Counted from the first letter of the whole stretch, positions 21,721 through 35,943 are shown. The stretch is DNA of 63,747 nt, filler included, from Pelomyxa schiedti (GCA_020536535.1; 5 parts of 5 records of this genome joined end to end with filler, not necessarily neighbours in it); one strand, 5' to 3'. The notes: generated by a model not told the origin, from the letters alone. Translations and numbers: made by a program.

Positions 21721-22757
21721 TTACATGGCACTAGGAGTTCTGGGGGAAGGTAAGTGATGATAGTGTTCAAGTGGGGAGAGTACCTGTTTGGCCGTTCTGG
21801 GTTTCTTACTTGGGCTTGCTTGTGCTTCTTCTTCTACATTGGGCTCACTCGCGTTGTTTTGCGGATGTGTATCATTCGAATTGTTGAGTGCAGTGGCCAC
21901 CAATGTGAACAGCAACGCTATGTGCTGTAACACCGATGCAATGTTGGCTGCCTCCCGTCTTGCACTTTCCAATGAAGAAGGGCCACTTGAGAGAAGCGTG
22001 GTGAGGGAAAGAAGGCGGTCTTTCAGGAGGTCAATTAGATGAGCAGTTTCTCTCAATTGGCTGGCTTTGGGTCAGAGTTAGCACCACTCAGTGATATTTT
22101 AAGGAAGGCATACAAAGCGACGATTTTGGGAGAATCTGAGATGGATCTGAGAGAAGTGCTCTAACTTGCTCAATGACTTGTGGGATATAAGCCTGTCCCA
22201 GTAAAGATACTTGGTCTGAGGGTGAAGGAGGGATCCCAACAATCATCCCTCTGACTATCTGCACAAGGAGCTATTAAGCTATACCCCAGTTTGGAATAAA
22301 AGTTGCGAGGCAAACCTTATTGATTTGATCAACCTTCACGCCAACAGGGCTGCTGAGAGCAAACGATGACACAAAAGTAGGAGGAGGTGCTGGTGGCTTA
22401 CATATAACATAAACAGTAGTTAAGGCATCTGCAGGAGAAGGCGTGCAAGCTGAAAATGCACGTGCCCCGTCGCGCAACATACGACCGTTGTGCACCATCC
22501 TGAAAGCAGGAAGATCTGAGACTCTGCACGGGGCCAAGAGCGTAAGAACAACATAAACGAAGGAAAAGAAAAAGTCCCCCAACAATAAAAAGCTCTTGTA
22601 CTCACACATCACTAATCGTCCGTCTGAGATCTTCAGAAAGTACGTCTCTGCGAACGTGTACCACGAACGGAGGCACGGGCCTCACGTGTCCACTGGCCGA
22701 AATAACTTTGACTTCTACGTGCACCTCATCCTCAGATACGATGTTGATAGCAGACAT
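21721..22757 (-). CDS. Ubiquitin-like-domain protein (spliced)
   Basis: N-terminal VEVKVIS...EDLRRTIS...FRMVHNGRMLRD...TVYVICKPP is a UBL pattern, followed by a Pro-rich linker and a helical tail. Confidence 0.6.
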
Positions 22758-23059
22758 GAGTGCAAGGGTTTTTGTTGTGTCTTTTCTTCCTTCCTTTGTT
22801 CTTTCTCTTTTTATTTCGTTTCTACACCGGTTTTTGTTTGGTTTTCGGGGGGTATTAGGTCCTGAGTACACAGATTTCGCTGGCTTTTTGATTAGTGATC
22901 AGGTGTGTGATCAGGAAACAAACCCCAGCTGGGTCTGTCGAACCCCACTAAAAAATTGCCAACTTTTTGCAGTTGGGTGTTCGCGGGATTTTCCCGGTAA
23001 AAACAAAACAAACAATTGCCTTGTTGATCATAGTTCACTGTGCTCAATCCGGAATCCCG

Positions 23060-24471
23060 TTAGCACTCCCGGTTTTCTTTTTCCCCCAGCCAAAACCATT
23101 GATCTCTCACAAAGTAGCACGGTAAGCGTGGCCCAGTAAAAGTACTACGAGCAAAATAACCAACAAGTCATCTATCAGGCCTAGTATGAAGAATAGACCA
23201 AATGCACCCTCCGGCAAGATATCATAGGGTGCGATCACGTAACCCTGTTTTGGTGCATGGGGTGGATTTTTTTTTTTTTTGGTCTGTCAGTACGTACTGT
23301 TTTTGGGTTGGAGTGTTTTTTGGTAAAGGAAGGTACCAGAGCAACTATCAGGCCTATGATAAGGTAAATTCGATGAACCGCTCGTAGTGTAGAAAAGTTG
23401 AACAAAAGGTGCCTTGCCATACGTAGCCCAGTCATGACCTTAGCGAAAATTAATCGATTTTCCTTGTTTACCTAAATAGTAAACGGAAGAATCACGCACC
23501 CATCCTCTGAAAGTGGTAGGAGACGAGAAACGTGCATTGTACTCTCGTAGAGCGGCGTCAACGCGTCTCTGGAATTCTGGAACTTCCTGAAACATATATT
23601 GGAAACTATTCAAACAATAAATGACAAATAACACAATGGTTCACAACTACGTACAGGAAGTTGGCCGTCTAGTCTTGCTATACAGTTCCTGAGTGTGTGT
23701 GACGGTAAAACGGCAGTTAAAGGTATTCTATCAATTGGACACTGCAACTGAGCAGACCTCCGCTGAGAATCCCACAGTGACACCATGCAATCCCCTTTGA
23801 GAGCGTTTATTACAGAAAGGTATTCGGGCTAAAGCACACCGCAAAATGAATGACCACAAGGTACAGTCTCGCAAGCCAGCTTCAGTGTATTGTAGCAAAT
23901 TGCGCACTTAAAAGAGGCGAGTGAATATTAAAGCTACTGCATTACAACTCCCAAAATTACAAACCTGTAAATCACCAACAGACTCAGGAGGCAACCTTGT
24001 ATCAATTCTCTGTGGAGCTGGAGCAGCTGCAGGGGCCTCGCTAGCATTAGCAGAAGCCGGAGGCGCTGAAGTGGCAGCACCGCCCTCAGAACCTGAATCC
24101 GGAGCTTCGGCAGTATTGGAATCCGCCCCCGCTGCAGTCTGCGAATTAGCGCGTTTGTTCGCCTCGGCTCTTCTTGCCATTGCTTCCGCTCCCCTTTGTA
24201 CTCTCCTAATACATGATTAAAGAGGATGATTGGAAATTAATAAATACCAAAAACCAACACAACCACCACGGCAACAACAACGAAATGGAATAAAGGCGTG
24301 TGGAGGGTGCATTTCCTTCCCATAATCGCAGTGTGCGTAACGCCAACTCACGCAGGCCCACCTCAGGTCGTGTGTGATTGCTCTGTTGAGCGCATAGGAC
24401 ACACACAGCCCAATCAGACCCAGACCGAGCGTAACTACAAGAACAGCGTCGTCCACTCCCTCTATCAACAT
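23060..24471 (-). CDS. RNF170: RING-finger E3 ligase RNF170-like (TM, C3HC4 RING, DUF1232)
   Basis: MLIEGVDDAVLV start, CAIC..PCGHSFC RING, EYNARFS, YVIAPYDILPEG..ILGLIDD. Confidence 0.8.
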
Positions 24472-24624
24472 CCCCAACTTGGGTTCTCAACAAGGTTTTC
24501 TTCAAACTTCATCAAAGGACTTTCGGTTTGTGGGCCCACCTGGCGACTTTCCACTGGGTAGAATCTTTGCCATGTGCTTAATAACATGTACGCTTTTTTC
24601 CCAGATTAAGAGCTGATTGCCCTA

Positions 24625-27127
24625 AGTTCGGGGCACCACCCATGTCGTTCTTTTTGCCGCGGCGCACACCAGCCGCAGCTCAAGCACGACCGAGGCAACA
24701 GACGAGCCGTCACCCACGCCGGCTCCACGGAACCGGGGCACCGAGGCAGCGCCCACGAATCTCTTACCTGAACTGCGGCCGTTTATAGAGCCAAAGTTCG
24801 ACGCTAGGTCCCCGGCGTCCATCTCGCAATCCATAACGGCTTCACGTGAAAATACAGTCACTTCGTTCTTGGGTTACTTGGAAGATGCTTTGAAAACACA
24901 CCTTCCGAAGAGACGGCACCTTTGTGCTACAAGTGGCGCCCCTGGATCAGGAAAATCCAGGTTGCTTGACTACATTGCCACAGCTGACTGGGCCACTTAC
25001 TGTGCCAATGGGAATGTTCACGAGGCTGTGAAAAAAGCCAAATCATGGGTCCCAGTATTGATTACTTTTAACTCCACGTCACACTGGACTATCACAGAAA
25101 GGGACCACCCTGAGCAAGCCATTTCAGGCAGGATCCTGTCATCGTATGACCTTCACTCTAAATTCCACGTTCACCCCGTACAGATACTTTGTGAAACCAG
25201 AGTTCCATTCTTCTCTGATGAAGTGGATGGGACAAAACCTTTACGAGGTTTCCACGGCTGATGCTGTCCAGAGTGTTCTGGATCACAGTCACAAGGAGTG
25301 TATCTTTCTTGGCGTTGATGAAATTGCCGTCGCACAAGAATCCTCTATACATCTTCTCCCGTATATTTGTACCCTTCTAGATAGAGGCTTGGTGGTGCCT
25401 CTGATTACCACACTGGATGCCACCCAGCTTCAAAATGATTGTAGAGGCTCTGCACAGTAAGATGTCTTTGTCACGCTTTTTTAAAACATTTACAGGAGAA
25501 TACACTGGATTCCTTTACCATCACTGCAGCTACTCGACTCACAATCTCTGTTCAAAGACGACTTCAAGCCCAACGTGCTGGAAAATGTAAGCATCAAGTG
25601 TGCTATTACAGCTTGTGGTGGGCATCCTCGAACACTGGAGTGGCTCCATGACGCTGTGAAGGATTTGATTGAGGAGTCAGTCCCAAAAACTACGGAGCCA
25701 CTGTCACAATCACATGGGCTGAAATCTCCAGCTCCCAAGTCAACACCCGAAGAGGAACTAAAACCTGGGGTGGCGTTCGGCACTAGCGTACTTGACACAA
25801 TAGTATTCCATTATGGCGGTCTGGCCCTGAAACTGGAGAAAGAATCCAGAGAGAGGGGGAAAAAAGCGCGCTTCTTTTCCATTTCTAACGCATGGTAAGG
25901 TTCGTGACAAGCGTTCTCTCTGTTGCAATACTTAGGCCAGTTCTACTTGGTGAAGAATGTAGTTTGACAACGGATATCGGAGGCACAACAGTATCCAAGC
26001 TCATTGAAAGCGGAGTATACTACAATGGCTTGAACAGTGATGGATTCGATACTGGGCCTGTCATTCCATGTGTCCCACCCATGCATATATACCTGTGGGC
26101 GAAAAAGCAGCTTAATAAAAAATCTACTGAGCTGGAATGCATCCTGGCCAAATTAATTCTGAATGACTTGATTACTGATTTTGCGTGGATTCCTGGGAGC
26201 AAGGCAGGCACAATTTTTCATCACGCATGGGAAGTTATGGTTGGCACGCTCTGTGCGTCACAATGCCTAACTCTTCCTGATCACTTCAGAGGTGTAGTTT
26301 TCCCTGGCACAAATGCTGAAATTTTGTCGACGGAACTTAAATATCCTGAAATGTGCAAGCCAATTCGTGCTCTGGCTCACCACTTCAGTTACACAGAACA
26401 TGGTCCCTTCCTCAACAAATCTGTTCTCTTGCCTGCATCTGGTAATCCAGGTACGGCTTACACAATTCCTGCAACTAAGAATCTCTCAATCTTAAACAAA
26501 TAAAAAAATTGCACAGGTTTGATGTTGCTCGTGGCTTTGTGAGACAGAGCGACAATACCCTACTACCAACTGTCATTGAGCTGAAGTTCTCTGAAGAAGG
26601 AAAAAGTACCAGGTTCTCCACCAAAGATATCCTGAAGAAATACAATTTGGCAACGAGCTCTTTCCCAATCGGTACAGAAATTGCCTTTGTCTTCATCTCT
26701 CAACAACAGTTGCCCTCCAAACTGCCAAAATTGCCTGGAATCGTGGGCTTCATTGGAAAAGGCCAAATGAAGGAGCTCTATGGCCCCACCCTGGGTGGTG
26801 CGCCTCAGTTCCACTATCCCTTGGAAGTACTTTTGCCACAGCCTCCCCGTTATGACTGCTGTGAGGAACCTCCTTCCGACTCACATGGCTTCAGTCTCCG
26901 AGCCTCCTCCACTTTCAAGTGCTACACAACTACTTTCAGGAACCCCCCCTACAAACACCACTGCAACAGTCACCGATTCCGATGTTAAAGTCTATTCCAG
27001 CAACAGTAGCTGCAATGAAAGTAGTGACCAGGACACACATACAACCACCCCCTCACCAGTGGTCCCACAAGGAAATTGTCCTCACAAAGTCACTGCCCTC
27101 CAAACAGCAACAAACAAACGAATCTAG
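24625..27127 (+). CDS. P-loop NTPase plus C-terminal PD-(D/E)xK restriction-endonuclease-like protein (Crinkler/RHS-like); start uncertain
   Basis: Walker A GAPGSGKS, ITFN, Walker B IFLGVDE, LITTLD, CGGHPRTLE, then PASGNPG|FDVARGF...VIELKFS. Confidence 0.7.
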
Positions 27128-27247
27128 GAAGCAAAAGCCCACACATGATAAGCAGCGCGGAAAAACAACCACATGTGCCTTGTACAGTTGAAAATAAGAA
27201 AGTCCACAGTCAAAAAAAAAACCTCTTTTTCTTGGTTGTTATCATTT

Positions 27248-30200
27248 TCACCACCTTCTGAAAGCCTTGGATTTCTTGTTCTTTGGGGGTGCCACGTCCA
27301 CAGTGGGTATTGGTAAGTCCAACTGTTGCACAACTTCATCCACTGATCCACCTGATTCTTTCACTGCTGCCTTGACTTGGTCCACAACACCCTTTGGAAG
27401 CACGTACTTGGTGAGGTTCAATGCTGACACAAGCTCCTTGACACTCGCTTTGTCCGAAGCTGCTGTTGCCGTTGTTGATGATTCCCTGTCATTTCTTGGC
27501 CTTTTGCCAGTGGCAGTTGTGGTAGTGGTATCTTCGGCCGGAGGCTCAACTCCAAGTAGCTCCGCATCCTGCTTCTGAACAGCCGCAGGTAAAGTTCTTG
27601 GAATGGCTGGGTTGTTCACAACTCCAGCTTTCTGGGCAGCTTCTGTGGCAATCTTTTCTTCTGCAATGGCCTCTCGTGCTGCGTCGTCAATGTAGATTTG
27701 ACTGAGAACCGCTGAGCATTTGCGGATAATTTTGTTGAACATTGACATTACTTGGTTGACTTCCAGTTTGAGTTCCTCGGCAATAGCTGGGTTTTTTGTT
27801 TGGTTTGTTATCAAATAACAAATGCAGTTAGGAAGGCATACATTCTAGAGTACGATGTTGCAAAGACATCCCACACAACAAAGCCAACTGGCTTGGCAAG
27901 AAGTTCAGATCCACTTTGTGGGTAAAGACAAGGTATCCAATCCTTGGCATTAGATCCACCACAATATGATAGTCAACAAGCATTTTGGCGTAGCTAAACA
28001 AGGAAATAAGTTTGCTTACTGTGAAAGGAGATATTTACGATTTTAGACGCCTGATATCATGCTGTGACATCAACAACTTCAGTTCTTTACCTGTAATTTG
28101 ACTTCGGCATATTATTTTCCCTGTAAATGTTGTTAGCAATGGAAAAAGTTTTACATAAAAACCGTCAGGAACAAGTAGACGAAGCGCAAGAGATGTAGAA
28201 AACGTTCTAAACGCATAACTGTGGAATAAAATGAGATACTGGGAAGAAAACATGCAGAGTATTACCCCAAGAGAAAACTGAATCTGGTTCGGAAGTCTAC
28301 CACATAAGGAGAGAGCCAGTCAACTTTGGGAGGAAGTAAGTTTTTCAACTGGCGAAGCTGGAGCAGTGTTGAAAAGCTTATTGTAAAGGATGAAACTGAC
28401 CATAATGCAGGAAAATTCCCCAGTTATATCACTACTGACTTGTCGAAGGTAAACAGGAGAAAAACCTACTTTTTGTGAGATGATGATATGGAAAACCAAT
28501 GGGTACCATTTTTAATCCAGAAGTTACACACTTCAGGACTGATTCCATAAGCAACTCCAACATAATTTAGAGCTTCAGCCCTTCGTTGAGAGAGCTGAAG
28601 TAAGAGCGGAGGTAGATTCTTTCGTGGTTGAAGTTCACTTTTCAGTGCATCTAGGCCAATTAAGGAAATAATATGCTCGAATAATTTTACATTTTTTCTC
28701 GGCTTCAGTGGTGGGTGCAACAGAATCCGCTACCAACTCATCTGCAAGTGCGATATCCCCCTGGTAGTATTTGAGAAGTTCCTGAAGTGCATATGACGCA
28801 TAACTGCAAAAAGAATAAGGAGCCAGTAGAGGTAGGAAACACTGTACCCCATTCGGTTATAATCTGGGTGTGCAGCTATTCTCACGACACGGGCTCCGGA
28901 TAGTGAAGGGAACTCATTATCCTGGAATTGTTGTGAGAGGGTCCAGGGTATCAGATCTCCAAACTCGCCCTTCAGATGAGATTTGGCCATTTTCTCAACT
29001 GCGTCGATGGAAATCTTTCCTTCAAGGGCAACCTGTGTAATTCAAGGTTATGGAAATGGTAAAAAGTGAACATCCAACCTGAATCACCACCAAAACGTCC
29101 GGTAACTGTTGTAAATCGTGCACTGGACCCAGCAACGCAAAGAGATGATGTGCAGGAGCATCGGATAACAGCTGTAAGTCGTTTGGAGAGTTTTTATAAT
29201 GTGAAGTGACAAGCAGGCCCATTATCTGCTGCAGGAGGTCTTCACTGAGCTACGATAAAATAAGGAGACTGTTTCCTTTCTTTGAAGTTACCTTGTGATA
29301 GGAAAATAGAGAATCTCTGGTCACATAAAACAACTGGCACTCTGAGGGGTGAGGGGCACCATATTTAAGCGGTTGCAATTTAGATGAGGCATTAAGACAA
29401 AGAAGTTCATTTAACCAGCTTTCAATTGGGTCTCCTACTGAATACCTAAGTAACTTGAGCCTTTCTTCGTATTTTGGTATTACAGTACCTGATCGGCTCT
29501 TCAAGTGAAACCTCACGCAAGATTCTATTCAAGGACGAAGCTGAAGATAGTGCTACTCCCGATATCATATGTTGGATGTTTCCAGCAGCTGCTGCTGAAG
29601 GGGCAGATAAGGGTTGAGCTGATGTGGATGTGGATGTAGAAGTTGATGTTGATTCTGTAGTGGTGGCAGATAAATCTGTTTCTTCAGGTGGCACTTCTTC
29701 AGGTGCTTGCTGTTCGGTAAGAGGCTTGGGCATTCGTGGTAGATACCCGCGGTTGGCAACAGCCATCTCATTTTTAACTTTTTCTGCGCTTTGACTTGCT
29801 GCCTGTGCAGCTACTGCATGAGCGCTTTGCTGTCGGAGTTGCTTTATAAGTTTGAGAGAAAGCGATCGGCCTGTGCCTTCATATCTACGGGACTAGAATT
29901 AAACTATGTGTATAAACTGATCGACGAACCCGTTGATGGTCGAGGATAGAAAGACCAAATAAGGGCCTAAAAGAGCCTTAACCAGTGGTAGAGGAATTGC
30001 TGCTGCTTCATCAATTACAAGCAATTCAGCTTGACCGAGTTTATGTGCATCCTAGGGAAGTTAAGTGCCCTTATAAATGCCATAATATGATACATTTTGA
30101 TTAGTCAAAACATACAGTTGGGCTAATATACTGTATAGTCTGTCGATGTGCTCGGAAAATATTAATTCGGACAACCGGTTTCTGAAGATCCACATTTTCA

Positions 30201-31329
30201 GACTGGATAATATTGAAATCCTGATGCTCATGAAACCCAAGCGCATCAAAACCGCGGATCACGAACTCGAATACTGTGCGCAAGTTGTCTGGAGAAGGTG
30301 CCGTAACGTATACATTTGAGTAGCCCATCACAATTGCACCAGTTATTGCTAATCCCAGTGCTGCAGATTTGCCCCTACCACGTGCTGCAGTGAGAGTGAC
30401 TGTTGTGTGAAGAGCCTTATCCGAAATTGCGTCAAGGAAAGTAAGAACGGCTTGTGCTTGATCAAGAGTTGTTGTGATGGATATCAATTTGCCGGCTGGT
30501 TGCACATCTCTCAAAGACAATTTGAGATTTCTCAGTTCTTCTTGTGAAGGGGAGTTTGCGGAAATGCTAGGGGGCACTGGTGTAACGTTGAAGGCGTAGG
30601 AGGAAACACCTAGAACCTCGAGATGGGAGTCGAGGAATAGCACGTTTGGGGTTTGCGCCAGGCTCAGCACAAACCTCTCGTTAAATCTTCCGACCACATC
30701 TTGCCACGCATGTGTTCGGAATCGCTTGTGCACATCCATGCTCATGTGAAAGACATCTTCCCACATCTCTGCATCTCTCAGCAGAACGAGAATAATACCG
30801 CCACCTTCTACTGTCTCAATAGACCGAGCCAATATATTGGGGGTCAAGCCATTGAAATCCTGCAGAACACACATGCCAAAAGTTCGGCCCATAATTTTGT
30901 GTGACTCGTCGTATTTGCAGAATCGAATGTCAGCTGTTGATATCCAGTAGCCAAATGGGTCCTTAATTGCACGTTAGAGCCTGAGGGAAAATAGACAGCT
31001 TACGCCAGATGCATCAAAGGAACATCGTCCGATAACTCTGTCTTTTTCTACACGGGCTTTCTGGTCCTTTGTGAGATCGAGCTGTTTGCTTACGCAATAC
31101 AAAACAGAAGGCTGTGCTTTTGCTGCCGCTTTGGAAAGAATGTTGTACATGTGATAGCACTAGGGAGAGTCAGTTTCCGACATGAAACGTGGCGAATTTA
31201 AACGATGTGAAGAGGGCCCACCGAAAATCTGACCCTGGAACCGAGCATTACGAAGAGCGATCGGTGGTGCGTTTTGACACCATTTTCGATTACGGTTTTT
31301 ATTCGGGAGTCTAGTTTCCGTAGCGGCAT
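27248..31329 (-). CDS. NAT10: RNA cytidine acetyltransferase NAT10/Kre33 (spliced)
   Basis: MPLRKLDSRIKTVIENGV, LTAARGRGKSAALGLA, LVIDEAAAIPLP, YEGTGRSLSLKL, HYKNSPNDLQLLSDAPAH, GDLIPW, GARVVRIA.HP. Confidence 0.95.
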
Positions 31330-31568
31330 CTTGCGTCTTTGACAACCACGCAGGGGACTGCTGTAACACGGCGATGGGCGAAAAATGTAATTAATTAAAA
31401 AAGTGCAACTGTGCGGAGCAGGACATTCTCTGATTCTTCCGAAAGCACTGCCTGCAGCCTTCTACTACAGGCACGCTGTTTGGAGGAGGTATCGGTGGAG
31501 ATTCATTGGGTGATCTCCCTCTTTGTGGGACTCAGCACCGTGGAACAAAAAGGTTCTTTGGAATTTCG

Positions 31569-32736
31569 ATGCCTTCGGTGTGGAGCATCATTGTCGACGT
31601 GGCCGTGGTGTTTGCTCCCATCACTGGGTTTGCGATGCAGGCGGTGGAGATGCACAACCGCCGGTCGTCCGCGGGCTTCAACGCTGTTGTGAGCTTCGTC
31701 TCGATCGTGAGCAACGCCCTGCGGCTCTGCTTCGCCGTGGGCCGCGACATCGGCACGCCCCTCGTGGCCCAGAGCGCCGTGATGCTCGTGGCCCAGCTCG
31801 CCGTCCTCCGCGTCTTCTGCTGGCACCGCCCCCCGATATCCTCGGCGGCCGCCGACGACGCCGATGCCGATGCCGATGCAGCAGCGTCCTCGCCCTCGCC
31901 CTCGGCCTCCTCGGTGTCGTCGCAGCCTCCCACGCCAGCTGCGTCCCCGCCGCCGTCCGGGCTTGTGGGAGACGACTCGACGGCACGCAATGATGGGATC
32001 GTACCGTCCAAGGCGGTGTCGATCACAGCGAGACCTCCCCACGGCGACAGCAACAACGCGAATGATGACGACGAAGAGGAGGGCGGAAATCTGAAAAGAG
32101 CGACGTCGACGGCTGCGCGGGGCGCCGATTCGCGCGTGGAGCTCGTTGTCGAGGCCTCTCAATCCAAATCTGGCGCGCTTCCGGGATTGGGCATCGAGGA
32201 GGCATCAGCCTCTGCAAATTCCGCGGGCGGAATGATGACAATGACACCGCCGCGCCGGCGGGCAAATTGCCTTGTGGGATTCTGGGACTGGGACAACTTC
32301 TTCTACTATGTGGCGTTCACTGTTTGCTTTGGCTTGGTGTCGTTCCTGATAACCCTTGTACTCAGGAACAGCAGGATTGCCATTGAAGTTATTGGGTACA
32401 TAAGTTTGTGCACAGAGTCCTTGCTTGGGCTGCCACAAGTATGCAGCCTTTTTCTTCATTGAAGACTCTCTTGTTCACGAGGGTTTTTTTTTTTTTATCT
32501 AGGTCACTCACACTTGGCGAATTCGAAGTGCCAAGGGACTCTCCAAGTGGTTGGTCCTTTCTTGGCTGATCGGTGATGCTCTCAAGACTGTGTACTTCAT
32601 AGTCCGGGACTCACCCACTCAATTTCTTGTGTGTGGGATCATCCAGTCCACAATTGACAGTGTCCTCCTTTTGCTCTTTGTATATTTTACCTTCTGTGTA
32701 AGGGTGAAGAGACCAGCCGTTTCTTCCAGCATATAA
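31569..32736 (+). CDS. PQ-loop membrane protein (SLC66A2/PQLC1-like)
   Basis: SAGFN..VSFV.IVSNALRLCF..G, LVAQS..M, GFWDWDNF..Y, ESLLGLPQ, WLIGDALKTVYF, QFLVCG..Q..ID. Confidence 0.85.
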
Positions 32737-32906
32737 CATTGTAATAACAAAAGCCAAACCTCTTCCTATCCCAACCACATCATTTTACCTCAGCCCATCA
32801 CTCTACCCAACTTGTACCAGAAAAAATAAAAATTGCGTTACAATCGCACTCAGGATCAGAAAGGAAAAAAAAAAAACAAACCCAATTATTCTCAACACAA
32901 ACAACA

Positions 32907-35892
32907 ATGAGCCGACACAACCGAAGCGGCAACAATGATTACAACACCTACACACGCCGACTCCTTCGGAGACAGCCCTCCCCTGTCTCCTTAGATTTAA
33001 GTGACAGCTCGGACGACGATTCGGATGCAACTGAGCCTGACGACGACCCCAACCACCAAGACAACAAGAACGAGAACGAGAACGAGAACGAGAACAAGAA
33101 TGAGAACGATGCAGAGACACGGGAGGAGTCCCCAGCCGGTCGTGATAGAACACGCAGTCGTGGTCGTGACGGGGGTGATAGTGACGGCTCAGATACCGAG
33201 CCTGACAACCAAAGCCCAGCTTTCACAGCCGCCGATTCCGCCGCAGCCAATGCGAACTCTGATGGAGACACGGATTCAAATGGAGACCAAGAGAGCGCGG
33301 GAGGGCGAGATTGCGACGGCGACGGCGATGGAGATGGAAATGGGGATGAAGATGGCGAGGAAAAGAAGGAGAAAGGGGGACAAGCTGAGGGAGGTGAAGA
33401 TGATGCCAAGCCCAAAGGCCCCTTTTTTGTTGTGGATGATGCTCCTCTGTTCCACTTTGGCGATCGACTGTCCAACACTGGTAAATCGACACATTGATTG
33501 GTTGGTTGAGTGACGTGAATGTGTTATCTCTTGTTTTGGTAGTGACAAAACAACGCGGGAACTAGCGAGTTGTTTTAACTGAGCTCTCAAGTTTTCTAAA
33601 CACCAAAACCACACTAGACACTACAACTCCACCACGCTGGGAGTCTTTTCGCCCAACAGAAAAGCAAGAGATTCTGTCACGACACGTTTTACCATCAGAT
33701 TTATTGCAGCCACCTTCCTACTTCAACAAACCGCGAAGAAGATACAAGGGATACCGAAATACATCACCTCCAATGGTTTTCCGAGCTTGCTCATTTGCTT
33801 ATGCCGAAGTTGACACCCCTAATGACACAGATAAAGGTTAGTTCCTTGTAAGAAAAGAACTTTTTTCTTGTGTTTCTAATTGATGCCGCAGTTATCCTGC
33901 CACAGTCTGTTCTCTCTGGAATTCGTGTGCAATATTCCTCATCTCCTTTGAATTCCTCACAAACACTTACATAGCTGAGTGGGAACTGAAGTCAAATCCA
34001 CTAGTTTATGAAATGTCAACAATCGATACACACAAAAGTGTTTATTGTGGGGTTTTGGAATTTACGGCAAAACCTGGAAATGTATATGTGCCATATTGGG
34101 TAAACCCTTTATTACTTTGCCCTACTCCTCAATGTGGTCTGCAGTTGATGGAACACCTGGCAATCGAAGAGTCCACCCTTGTGAAACTTACACCAAAGTC
34201 TGTGCCACCATGTTCCTTTGTAAAGTTCAAGCCTTTGGACTCCAGTTTTTACCAAATCGCAAATCCAAAAGCAGAGTACAGTGACTTCCCTTGACTTTTC
34301 TAAAGTTCTAACCACAAAAGGTTGGAAAACATACTCAATAAATTTACTACCCTCACACTTGGAGCATCAGTGCCAGGAACTGACTCACGCGGGAACCCAT
34401 TCAAATTGACTGTAGTGGACCTGCAACCTCCGGGAGCAGCTGTACACATAGTAGATACGGATGTTCCTGTTGACTTTGTGCAACCTGATCCCGAGATATC
34501 CACTGAGAGCCAAAAGAGGAGTTCCGAACCTAGTACTGACACAGAGAATACATTGACAACATGTATCTTCTTTATCTTTTTCCTTATAGTGTTAATTGTG
34601 ATTCTTTTGTTCAATGTGTAACGGTAACTCGCAGCCTCAGCATTCACTGGAACAGGACATACCACTACAATGGATGCTGTTGACCAAGAAAATGCTAGTA
34701 CTTGCGCCAACTGGTTATCTTTCACTTCTAAAAGTAAACTAAAAATATCTGCAGTAAAGCACAAATTCCAAAAAACCAGTACGACTTGCACATTGCGAGA
34801 TGTGAACGGTTAAATACCCTGTGCAGTTTCTGTGGTGCAGTTGTACGGAAAGATCAAATAGAGGCACACATGCAAACAAATCACGGTTCGGTACGCGGCA
34901 TTCCCTCAATTAATTACATCACGGATGTTCAGGTCACTTGTAAATGCGGTCAAATTTTGGATAGATCCATGATGAAAGAACACGAAATCTCAGACTGTGT
35001 AATGAGACTGGTGCAGTGTCCGTTTTGTACTTTAACGGCAAGTATCCCCGTTAAAATCACAGTAGTAATCGATAGAAAGGTGTGTAAAAAAGATAGTGGG
35101 ACCCACTTCAAATATTGTGGTGCAAAGACTGCTACCTGTAGTGTCTGTGGAAAATCAATTGTAATGCGAAGTACTTCTTCTTTCTGGAAGAAAACAATTA
35201 TCATTGACATCATTCAAAGACATGGAGGAGCATGTAGCAAGTGGTTGTAAGTTTATGAAAGCTGCTGCTCTTAGATGCAGTGGAGATTTGCTGCTCTGTC
35301 CAAAATGTTTAGTGCCATTCGTTGACCCAGAAAAGCTCTATGTAATGCCGGCACCATTCTTCCCCTTTTCATACAAAACTAGGAACATATGGGGAACTGC
35401 CAAGTCGATGAATCAAGTGGCAAACAAAGTAAACCACCAGATACACCTGCCGTCTCTTGCCAAAGTACACAAACCACTCTTTATACTTCCGCCAGCGTTC
35501 CTCTACCACGTCTTCCCACCCCTCCACTTACAGCTACCACAACCACAACAACAGTAACACCAACACAAACACCAAGTGCTGTAGCACCACCGCCATCCCC
35601 CATTCCTCCCCAATTCAAACCAACACCTAAAAACAACCACACTCCACCAAGGACAGATGAAAGCCCCATCACCCCAGAAGACCCCAGGATGTGGGATATG
35701 TTCTGGAACAACACCACTGACAACAGCGGACTCTTCACTGCATCACCAACAATACCCACACCATCACCCCCACAAACACAAACACCAACACAATCAAACA
35801 CAGAGCAGGAACTCCCATTTGAATGTCCTCTGTGCCAAAAGAGGTTCCTCACCGATAGGCGTGTCAGCTTCCACATGGATGCAGACCACTAA
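32907..35892 (+). CDS. UFD1-like protein with an acidic N-terminus, TRAF-type zinc fingers and a terminal C2H2/UBZ finger (spliced)
   Basis: DK|VILPQSVL, CGVLEFTA..G.VYVPYW, LENILNKFTTLT, IVDTDV.VDF; HIARCERL..LC, HE..DC.MRLVQCPFC, CGAKTATCSVC; CPLCQKRF..HMDADH. Confidence 0.8.
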
Positions 35893-35943
35893 AGAAAAAA
35901 TAAACAACAAGTATCATCGAAAAAATTTTTCATCATCGCCAAG

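Noticed and set aside
31503-32162. Long antisense ORFs over GC-rich exons (also 6015-6449, 32948-33478, 35981-36694, 56072-56557)
   Set aside because: Shadow ORFs of GC-rich or low-complexity coding sequence on the opposite strand or frame.
33067-33108. (GAGAAC)n repeat
   Set aside because: It encodes a low-complexity ENENEN tract within the CDS.
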